A DNA stretch of 64,000 bases from an uncultured delta proteobacterium (GTDB lineage Bacteria; Desulfobacterota; Binatia; UBA9968), in contig CAWDPO010000003.1 of NCBI GenBank assembly GCA_963804165.1, forward strand, positions 96,001 through 160,000, written 5' to 3'. Within the stretch, counting starts at the first letter, position 1. The number at the start of each line of letters is the position of its first letter. The position numbers and the translations under genes are program-made. This document shows positions 39,114 through 47,469 of this stretch, in pieces. The notes beneath the pieces were generated by a model that was not told where the DNA came from, made no database searches, and saw nothing but the letters and a program-made list of their open reading frames with translations.

Positions 39114-41510
39114 ATGATTAGCTTACGATCGGTCAACTTAATGTTGATTTGGTTTGTCGTGTTCATCACTTGGGGGTGTGGCAAGAAATCGCCCGAGCCC
39201 GGCACGGTCAAAGACGAGGCGCTGATGGTGGGGCGCATGGCGGAGAGCTTCCCGGCGGCTGATGAGGATTATTTCAAAGAAATGGACGCTGCGTTGGAGC
39301 TCACCGCGAACGAAATCAAAGGACGGAACAACTGGATCGTCTGGACCGGCGGCAACGATCGCTTTTGGGACCACCTCGCCAACAACAGCTTTGGCGCCTT
39401 GGATTTCCTAAAAACTCTTTCATCTCACGCAAGCATCAAACACTTCAGCCGCGACAATCGCTGGCGCTATCTGGGTTTAGTCAACGAGCCCTGCTTCGAA
39501 AAAGCCAAGGGACCGCGCGCCGATCGTTTCGGCCTATGGCTCGACACGCGCGGCAAGGATTGCCCCGCAGACCCGTTTGAAAACGAGCAGAAATATCCCG
39601 GCGTCAAGATCGGCGCGCGGGGTAAAAATATCCCCGTGGGCTCTTACTATGGTTATGCAACCGGTGTCGTCGGATTGCGCCTCTTTCCCAATCCGGAATT
39701 CGACGAAGCGGCGGCGAAAAAATGGGACGCGGAGAAATTTTATACCGATCCCAATTATTACAACGACAAGAATTTGATTCGGCCCTATCGGGTCGGCATG
39801 TCGTGCGGTTTCTGCCACGTTGGGCCGAGCCCGGTGAAGCCACCCGCCGATCCGGAAAATCCCCAATGGGCCAACCTGAACTCCAATCCCGGCGCGCAAT
39901 ATTTTTGGGTGGACCGGGTCTTTTTCTGGGATAAGGACGACGCGAGTTTCGCTTTTCAACTGTTTCATACCTCGTTGCCAGGGACGCTCGACACTTCTTT
40001 TATTTCCACCGACTACATCAACAATCCGCGGACGATGAACGCGGTCTATAATGTGCTGCCGCGGTTGGGGCCGGCTTTGCGCTGGGGCAGAGAAAAACTC
40101 ACCGGCGGCGGTCTCAAGAACAAGCAGTTTCAGGACTTCAAGCAGACCGCTGCGTTATCGCAGTTTTACAAAGCGCCGGACACGGTGATGACGCCGCGAG
40201 TACTCAAGGACGGCGCCGACTCGGTGGGCATTCTGGGAGCGCTCAATCGTGTCTTCATCAACATCGGGCTATTCAGCGAGGAGTGGTTGTTGCATTTCAA
40301 TCCGCTGGTCGGCGGTAAGGAGATTACGCCGATCAGGATCGAAGACGCGGAGAAAAACTCCAGCTATTGGAACGCCACGGTGAATCAGACCGCCGACGTG
40401 GCGTTATTCTTTCTCAAGACGGCAAAACCCGATCTGCTCAAGGATGCGCCGGGCGGCAGCGACTATTTAACCGCCGATAGAGCCACGCTGGACCGCGGCA
40501 AGCTTGCCTTCGCGACTTACTGCGCGCGGTGTCATTCGAGCAAGATTCCCGAGGCGCCGGCAAACGTCGATGAGTCCAAGTGGGACCAATATTGGGCCTG
40601 GACCAAGACCGACGATTTCAAAGAAAAGATGAAAGCCATAGCCTTGGCCGAAGATTTTCTCACCGATAATTATCTCTCCACCGAACGGCGCATCCCCGTG
40701 ACCTTGCTGCAGACCAACGCGTGCAGTCCGCTGGCGACCAACGCCCTCGGCGGCAACATCTGGGATAATTTTTCATCGCAAACTTATAAAGACTTACCGT
40801 CGGCGGGAAAGATGACGCTCTACAATCCGATCGACGGCACGCCATTCGAATACGAATTACCGGCCGGCGGGCGCGGCTATACGCGCGTGCCGTCGCTGAT
40901 CAGTTTGTGGTCGACGGCGCCGTTCTTGTTGAACAACTCCGTGGGCAAGTTCAACTGGAATCCCTCCGTCGAGTCGCGCATGGATTCGTTCAACGATGCC
41001 ATCGAAAAAATGCTCTGGCCGGAAAAGCGCGACAAGGATCCGATTCTCGGCGATAAGGTGCCCGGTTACGTTTATCGCACGACGACGACCAGCTACATCA
41101 AAGCTCCCGCGGGTTATTTGCCGGACAAGTTGGGTAAGTTGCTCAGCTGGGGCGATTGGCTGCATAATCTGTTCCCGTGGCTCTTCAGTGAGGGGATGAT
41201 CAAAATCGGACCGATCCCCAAAGGCACACCGGTCAGTTTGCTTACCAACGTCGATCTGGAATCGGACAAACTCGATCTCGTCAAGCTCTTACTCAAGATG
41301 AAGGCCGACTTGAAACAGGTCGAAGGCAAGAGCGAGGAGGAAGCGGCGCAAGTCTTTAAAAATCTCGTGCCAGATCTGATCAAAGCCAGCAAATGTCCGG
41401 ACTACGTCGTGAACAAAGGCCACTATTTCGGGACGAGCTTTTTGAAGGAAGAGCCGCCGATGAGCGACGATGATAAGCGCGCGCTGGTTCACTTCCTAAA
41501 AACCTTCTAG
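39114..41510 (+). CDS. Large di-heme cytochrome c lipoprotein (divergent RoxA-like)
   Basis: Lipobox TWGC; CGFCH and CARCH; SLWSTAPFLLNNSV; NKGHYFG; HFLKTF. Start at ATG 39114 after GAGGGGAG. Confidence 0.8.
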   Translation: MISLRSVNLMLIWFVVFITWGCGKKSPEPGTVKDEALMVGRMAESFPAADEDYFKEMDAALELTANEIKGRNNWIVWTGGNDRFWDHLANNSFGALDFLKTLSSHASIKHFSRDNRWRYLGLVNEPCFEKAKGPRADRFGLWLDTRGKDCPADPFENEQKYPGVKIGARGKNIPVGSYYGYATGVVGLRLFPNPEFDEAAAKKWDAEKFYTDPNYYNDKNLIRPYRVGMSCGFCHVGPSPVKPPADPENPQWANLNSNPGAQYFWVDRVFFWDKDDASFAFQLFHTSLPGTLDTSFISTDYINNPRTMNAVYNVLPRLGPALRWGREKLTGGGLKNKQFQDFKQTAALSQFYKAPDTVMTPRVLKDGADSVGILGALNRVFINIGLFSEEWLLHFNPLVGGKEITPIRIEDAEKNSSYWNATVNQTADVALFFLKTAKPDLLKDAPGGSDYLTADRATLDRGKLAFATYCARCHSSKIPEAPANVDESKWDQYWAWTKTDDFKEKMKAIALAEDFLTDNYLSTERRIPVTLLQTNACSPLATNALGGNIWDNFSSQTYKDLPSAGKMTLYNPIDGTPFEYELPAGGRGYTRVPSLISLWSTAPFLLNNSVGKFNWNPSVESRMDSFNDAIEKMLWPEKRDKDPILGDKVPGYVYRTTTTSYIKAPAGYLPDKLGKLLSWGDWLHNLFPWLFSEGMIKIGPIPKGTPVSLLTNVDLESDKLDLVKLLLKMKADLKQVEGKSEEEAAQVFKNLVPDLIKASKCPDYVVNKGHYFGTSFLKEEPPMSDDDKRALVHFLKTF

Positions 41511-41536
41511 TTGCAATCGCGTAAGATTACATTCGA

Positions 41537-43390
41537 ATGGCTCAAGCCGTTGCCCGCGCTGCCGAATACGAATATATCGTCGTAGGTTCAGGCGCGGGCG
41601 GCGGCACGCTTGCCGCGCGGCTGGCCGAGAGCGGTTGTTCCGTCTTGCTGCTCGAGGCCGGCGGCGATCCTCTGCAGACGAGCGGCGAGAGGCTACCCGA
41701 AGACTACCAAGTTCCGGCCTTCCACGCCTTCGCGTCGGAAAATCCCGCGTTGAGGTGGGATTTTTTCGTGCGCCATTACACGGACGAGGGCAGACAAAAA
41801 AGCGATTACAAGTACACGCCGGAACGAGGCGGCGTGCTTTATCCCAGAGCGGGCGCGCTCGGCGGCTGCACCGCGCACAACGCGATGATCCTGATTTACC
41901 CGAACAACATGGACTGGGACTACATCGCGGAGCTCACGGGCGACGAGTCGTGGCGCGGGGCCAAAATGCGCCGCTATTTTGAGCGTCTCGAAAATTGCCG
42001 CCATCGGCCAATCTATCGATGGCTGCGAAAGCTCACCGGCATCAACCTTACGCGGCACGGCTTTGACGGTTGGTTGTCGACCGAGCGGACCCGTCCGCCG
42101 CGAGAAGCGCTCCGCGATCGCGATATGATGAACGTGATCGAACGCTCGGCATTCGGCGCCATGGCGGCGCTGGAACATCCACTCCGGCGGCTCCTCTGGT
42201 TCTTTCGCGCCAAGGGCGATCCCAACGACTGGCGGCTCGTGCGGCGCAACGCGTTCGGCATCCGCTACGTGCCCCTGACGACCGCAGCTCACGCGCGCAT
42301 GGGTAGCCGGGAACGGCTGTTGGAAGTTGCGCGCGCATGTCCCCACAAATTACACATCGAACTCGACGCGCTGGCGAGCCGAGTTATCTTTGATGGTCAT
42401 CGCGCCGTCGGCGTCGAGTATCTCAAGGGCGGAAATCTCTATCGCGCACACGCCCAACCGAGCGAAAGTGCGGGTGAGCTACGCGAAGCGCGAGCGTCCA
42501 GGGAAGTGATCCTTTGCGGTGGCGCGTTCAACACGCCGCAATTGCTGATGCTTTCGGGTATCGGTCCCAAGAGCGAGCTCGCGCGACACGGCATCGAAGC
42601 ACGCATCGATTTGCCGGGGGTTGGCACGAATCTCCAGGATCGCTACGAAGTGAGCGTCGTCAACCGCATGAAAGATGACTGGGAGTTTATGGCAGGCGCG
42701 GAGTTCGAAAAAGGCGATAGGCAATTCGATCAATGGGCGAGCTCTCGCCAGGGCGTCTACGCGACCAACGGCGGCATGTTCGCCGTCGTAAAAAAGTCTC
42801 AAAAGGATCGTCCCGTGCCCGATCTGTTTTTGCTAAGCTTGCTGACGCGGTTCGAAGGCTACTTTCCGGGCTACTCAAATCTGATTTCCGGCCACCGCGA
42901 TTACCTTAGCTGGATAGTTTTGAAGGCGCACACGCGCAACGTCGCCGGCACGGTGCGCCTGAAATCCGCCGATCCGCGCGATCCGCCGGAGATCAATTTC
43001 CGCTACTTCGAAGAAGGAAGCGATCGGGAAGATGACGATCTAAACGCGGTGGTCGACGGCATCAAATTCATACGCGCCATCAGCGCGGACCTCAAAAATG
43101 AAAAATTGATCGTCAAGGAAGAACTGCCGGGAGATCTTTTTCAAACCGACGAACAGTTGAAAAACTTCGTGCGCGATAACGCGTGGGGGCATCACGCGTC
43201 GTGCTCCTGTCCGATCGGTCCTAAAGAAAAGGGGGGAGTCTTGGGCGGCGATTTTCGCGTCCACGGAACACAAGGGTTGCGAGTCGTCGACGCGTCGGTG
43301 TTCCCGCGGATTCCAGGTTACTTCATCGTCAGCGCGGTTTACATGATCGGTGAAAAAGCCGCGGACGTGATCCTCGCCGATGCCAGGTAA
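41537..43390 (+). CDS. GMC family flavin oxidoreductase
   Basis: IVVGSGAGG, LLLEAG, LGGCTAHNAM, EVILCGGAFNTPQLLMLSGIG, VGTNLQDR, WGHHASC, LRVVDASVFP. Confidence 0.92.
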   Translation: MAQAVARAAEYEYIVVGSGAGGGTLAARLAESGCSVLLLEAGGDPLQTSGERLPEDYQVPAFHAFASENPALRWDFFVRHYTDEGRQKSDYKYTPERGGVLYPRAGALGGCTAHNAMILIYPNNMDWDYIAELTGDESWRGAKMRRYFERLENCRHRPIYRWLRKLTGINLTRHGFDGWLSTERTRPPREALRDRDMMNVIERSAFGAMAALEHPLRRLLWFFRAKGDPNDWRLVRRNAFGIRYVPLTTAAHARMGSRERLLEVARACPHKLHIELDALASRVIFDGHRAVGVEYLKGGNLYRAHAQPSESAGELREARASREVILCGGAFNTPQLLMLSGIGPKSELARHGIEARIDLPGVGTNLQDRYEVSVVNRMKDDWEFMAGAEFEKGDRQFDQWASSRQGVYATNGGMFAVVKKSQKDRPVPDLFLLSLLTRFEGYFPGYSNLISGHRDYLSWIVLKAHTRNVAGTVRLKSADPRDPPEINFRYFEEGSDREDDDLNAVVDGIKFIRAISADLKNEKLIVKEELPGDLFQTDEQLKNFVRDNAWGHHASCSCPIGPKEKGGVLGGDFRVHGTQGLRVVDASVFPRIPGYFIVSAVYMIGEKAADVILADAR

Positions 43391-43424
43391 TTGAAGCAAC
43401 AAGAGGGTCGCTTAGTCCAAGGGG

Positions 43425-46238
43425 CTACTTTGTGGATCTACCAGCCTTGAATGTCGGGTCGCTTTCGGCGCCCGGGCGTGGTTGCCATTGCAGCGAATAG
43501 TATTCGCCCCGGTCGCGCGCCCAGGGATCGAAAACGTTGACCACAGAATCAAGCTCGGCGCGCAGCTCCGGCATGGTTCGTAAGAGCACTCGCTTCAACG
43601 GCGACACTTCGATTTCGTGACCATTGGATTTCACTTTCTCCATGACCTTACCGTTGGGACCGTTGTCGTTGACCCACTTCACGCCAAAATCGGTATAAAA
43701 CGCCGGCCGAAAGCTCGAGGTTAGGAAACGGTCGCTAAACAGCCGTCGGGAAGCGTTGAGAATGAAAACCTGAAATTGCGTTTCCGAGATAGCAAAACCA
43801 TGGGGCCGCACGAACTCGGCGAGCCAACCGACGACCGCGTCCACATCTTCGATATTATCGACGATGCTGCCATCGGGCCGGCCCAGACAATCGTTGATCG
43901 CCTTGCCGTCGTCGTTTTTCTGCGACGTGGTAATTATCTTTGCGGCGTCGCACCGATGTTGCCCGTAGATCTCCCGCAGCAGCGCGACAACTCTCTGTTC
44001 CTCGACGCGCTCGGGTGAATTTAACGGCAGCCGCGAGTCGACGAAGTCGTCGAAACCGGTTAGTTGTTTGAGGCCGTATTGGCGGCGATATTCGTTGTAG
44101 CGCGGGATGCCGCGCTCCCGGTCACGAATGATATCCAAAGCCAAGACGTCGACTTTGCCCGTCGTGGTTTTTAGGCGCGGTAAACTTAGATTCTGCAAAA
44201 ACAGCGGATGGTTTTGCAACGACAGCTTACCGGCGCGCTGGCGTCCCATGGACAGCGCCCAATTGGCGATCCCGTGGCGGCGCATCGCCTGGGTCGCCTT
44301 GCCGAATACGGTGTTGACGACCGGAACTTTCCCCCTGATTGAGTTCGGATCGCCGTCCAGCTCGCGCAACTCGATCAAATCCGGAACCATCGGATGCAGC
44401 CGATAGGCGTTGACAAATTCCTCGGGGAAACTAAATGGCACACCGAAATGATTGACGCCGCCAGCGATGTCAGGCCTATCGCTGCCGAGAGCGAAAATCC
44501 CCGGGCCGGCGGCAAACGCCGAATACCAGTCGGTCGATCGTTTGCCGTGTGCCGATGCGGCAAATCGTTGAATCACTTTTGCCAGGGCGGCGCTGACGAG
44601 CGGATGATTTTGCAAAAGGCCGGACCAGTTGGCGTTCATCGCTAGATAAAGCGGCTCGTTGTACAGCAGCTGCGTTGTCCACTCGATCGTGTGAATCTTG
44701 GCGATCTCGGCGGAGACCACAAGGCGCGCGATTCCAAACAATTCATCAGAGCGGATGTCTTTGTATTTGATCGCCCGGTCGGGTGCATCGGGGTTTCGTA
44801 AACCGGAGTCCGATTCCGGATCGAAAGCGGCTTTGCGGCGAAATGCGTCGACAAAGAGATTATGCTCGCGGGCAAAGACATTATGAAAAAAACTCAAGCC
44901 GATGTTCCAATTATCCGGAAACGCCACGGTTTCTTGACCGGCCCATTGGGGGTTATGCGGATCAGACTTTCGCAAAACCGGCAGGTAGCCAGGTTGTTTC
45001 GGCGTGTCGGCGCCATTCGCTTCGAGCAGAAGCTTTGCCGGGTCGCGAGGATCGCGTTTGACGCGGCGGCGCGAAGTCTCGTCATACCCGTATACCTGCG
45101 AGGCGTCCCACCAGGCGGTAACTTTATTCAGCGTCGTTTTGGGAGCGCGGGATAAGTGCCGCTTACTACCGATTGTGAATGTCGGGGCGGGCGCATCCCC
45201 GCCGGTAAGACTTCGATCAATTCGATCCTCCGGCCGGCAGCCGACCTGTTTAGTGTCGTTTGCGCTCGACGCTCTTGTGCCGCCGTCGAGAAGTTGCGCG
45301 CCGCATCCCGTTGCGATCATCACTGCGTCGTTCTGTCCTTCCTGGAGATGGGAAAACCAGTCATGAGTCATGAATTGAATCCAAAAGGCGGCCAAGACGT
45401 TTAAATGCGTCGCCTTCTGGTAGTCGCAGTTGGTTTGTTGGGTTGAACCGTCCGTTACGCCTATACCGTCATTGCAGTTCGCTGAGGGCGACTGTGCGCG
45501 CGTGAAGAGTTTTCGACTGATCACCTGGGGATCAGGCCGCAACAAGCCGAGACGATCGCCGTGGCGGTTTTTTACGATTTCGTCCTCGCCCAGCTCCGGG
45601 AAAGTCGCTTCGAATTCGGTGTTGCGGCTGAAGGGTTGATCCACCGAGCCCATGAGAGGATTGACGATATCGTTACAGATGCCGGTCAGCGTGCGGAAAC
45701 GGATGAATTCGCCGGCGCACTTTTGCGCGCCTTCGCCGCCGACGGCGGCGAAATCTGGATGGTCCTTCGGGAGTCGCAGTTGCGGCCAGCTCTTTTGAAG
45801 ATCGCCTGCGGCGGTCTCTTGGCTCCGGACATAGTTCTCGTAGGTACCGCTGTTGTCGAAAAGATTGAACTTGAGCAGCTCGATGCGCTGGTATTCGATA
45901 TCGAGCAGCGCGCCGTTGATGCCGCGCCGGTTGGGGCTAAGAAAGCCGAACTTAGCAGTTAAGCCAACAGCCCGGCTGGGATCGGCGCCTGCCGCCCAAT
46001 ATCGCGGCCAGTCGAGCCACGGCGTTTCGCGCCAAGAAACCGCGGCTTCACCGCCGCGACAGCGGGCTGTGTCTTCGGAAACCTTTCCTAGAAATCGACC
46101 CGAATGATCCGCGGCGACAACGCGGAAACCGCCGAACGCATAGGCGATGCAGCTGCCGATTCGCGAATGGCGGAGGATCGGATAGGCGCCTAGCAGAACC
46201 GTGATGCTCGCTAAAAGATAGAGTGCAATTTTCTTCAT
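43425..46238 (-). CDS. Heme peroxidase-cyclooxygenase superfamily protein, fatty-acid alpha-dioxygenase-like
   Basis: WIQFMTHDW (distal His), WWDASQVYG, REHN, AKIHTIEWT, EEFVNAYRLHP (catalytic Tyr and proximal His), DRERGIPRYNEYRR, SRRLFSDRF; N-terminal signal/anchor. Confidence 0.85.
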   Translation of the reverse strand: MKKIALYLLASITVLLGAYPILRHSRIGSCIAYAFGGFRVVAADHSGRFLGKVSEDTARCRGGEAAVSWRETPWLDWPRYWAAGADPSRAVGLTAKFGFLSPNRRGINGALLDIEYQRIELLKFNLFDNSGTYENYVRSQETAAGDLQKSWPQLRLPKDHPDFAAVGGEGAQKCAGEFIRFRTLTGICNDIVNPLMGSVDQPFSRNTEFEATFPELGEDEIVKNRHGDRLGLLRPDPQVISRKLFTRAQSPSANCNDGIGVTDGSTQQTNCDYQKATHLNVLAAFWIQFMTHDWFSHLQEGQNDAVMIATGCGAQLLDGGTRASSANDTKQVGCRPEDRIDRSLTGGDAPAPTFTIGSKRHLSRAPKTTLNKVTAWWDASQVYGYDETSRRRVKRDPRDPAKLLLEANGADTPKQPGYLPVLRKSDPHNPQWAGQETVAFPDNWNIGLSFFHNVFAREHNLFVDAFRRKAAFDPESDSGLRNPDAPDRAIKYKDIRSDELFGIARLVVSAEIAKIHTIEWTTQLLYNEPLYLAMNANWSGLLQNHPLVSAALAKVIQRFAASAHGKRSTDWYSAFAAGPGIFALGSDRPDIAGGVNHFGVPFSFPEEFVNAYRLHPMVPDLIELRELDGDPNSIRGKVPVVNTVFGKATQAMRRHGIANWALSMGRQRAGKLSLQNHPLFLQNLSLPRLKTTTGKVDVLALDIIRDRERGIPRYNEYRRQYGLKQLTGFDDFVDSRLPLNSPERVEEQRVVALLREIYGQHRCDAAKIITTSQKNDDGKAINDCLGRPDGSIVDNIEDVDAVVGWLAEFVRPHGFAISETQFQVFILNASRRLFSDRFLTSSFRPAFYTDFGVKWVNDNGPNGKVMEKVKSNGHEIEVSPLKRVLLRTMPELRAELDSVVNVFDPWARDRGEYYSLQWQPRPGAESDPTFKAGRSTK

Positions 46239-46489
46239 GAATGTTCTACGAAGAGGCCCCATCCCGTCGAAGTACGGTCGTTACGCGACGACTTTCGTCT
46301 CGAATTGACGATGCAGTATGCGGGGAAAAGTAGCAATTAGTCAATTTGACTGTAGACAATGCGCACTCTGACTCAGCGATCTTGGAAAATCGCGCGATCT
46401 CGAATTGCCCTTCAGAGCCAAACTCTGTATAGCTCAACTGATCAATTCAGCGATCAGCTCTGTAACGACGAAATCATTACTCTTCACAG

Positions 46490-47368
46490 ATGACTTCCAT
46501 TCCGGCTGAGTTTTACGCGCTGGCCAACGCGTTTCTTTTCGCGTTACACAACATGTTCACGAAAAAGGCGCTGCGCTACTCTAATCCCGCGACCGCGGTG
46601 ATCAGCAGCCTGTTAATCAACATCATTTTCCTTTGGAGCGTATCGATTTTGTTCGTGCCGTTGTCGTCGCTGACCAGCGCTTCGATCCTTATTTTCGTCG
46701 TCGTCGGATTTTTTCAGCCGGGGCTGACCCGTTTGCTCAGCTACAAGGGCATCGATGCGCTCGGCGTGGCGATCACCGATCCGATCCGCGCCACGACACC
46801 GCTGTTCAGCGCGGCGATGGCAATAATTTTTCTTGGCGAGAAAATCACCATAGCGATCGTCGTCGCCACCTTGATGATCATCGCCGGTATCACGCTCTTA
46901 TCGTGGCGCAGCGGGTCGATGAGACTCGCCGGCTCCGCAGTCTTTCTCTGGTACCCGATCGTCGCCTCGGCGCTCGCCGGCGCGACACAAGTCGTGCGCA
47001 AGTTCGGCTTGGCCGCGGTGCCGCACCCACTTCTCGCCGCCGCGGTGACTGCGACTTCATCGTTCATAGTTTCAATCCTCACGCTTTGGTACGTCGAGAA
47101 GAGCCAACAAACCTGGAAGATGAACCGGCAGTGTTTTTGGTGGTTTCTCGCGGCCGGAGTGACGATCAGTCTCGGCATGACCTGCATCTACTACGCCCTC
47201 GATCTCGGGCAAGTCTCCGTCGTGATTCCCATCAGTAGCACCGGCCCGTTCTTCTCGTTAATCTTGGCCGCGATCTTCTTGCGTGACGTCGAACGGGTCA
47301 CGTTGAGAATTGTGATCAGCGCGGCGATGATTGTCGGCGGAGTCGTGCTGTTAACGCTTTGGAAGTAA
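46490..47368 (+). CDS. EamA/DMT family transporter
   Basis: About 10 TMs in two repeats; IIFLGEKIT; YYALDLGQVSVVIPI. Confidence 0.88.
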   Translation: MTSIPAEFYALANAFLFALHNMFTKKALRYSNPATAVISSLLINIIFLWSVSILFVPLSSLTSASILIFVVVGFFQPGLTRLLSYKGIDALGVAITDPIRATTPLFSAAMAIIFLGEKITIAIVVATLMIIAGITLLSWRSGSMRLAGSAVFLWYPIVASALAGATQVVRKFGLAAVPHPLLAAAVTATSSFIVSILTLWYVEKSQQTWKMNRQCFWWFLAAGVTISLGMTCIYYALDLGQVSVVIPISSTGPFFSLILAAIFLRDVERVTLRIVISAAMIVGGVVLLTLWK

Positions 47369-47469
47369 GCGAGACGCGATCTAATTCGGAGAACCGAGGG
47401 CTCTGCGGCAATTCTTTCCAAAGCCGGCAAAACGCGCTATGAGAAGGCGATGAAAACGGACGAGGTATT

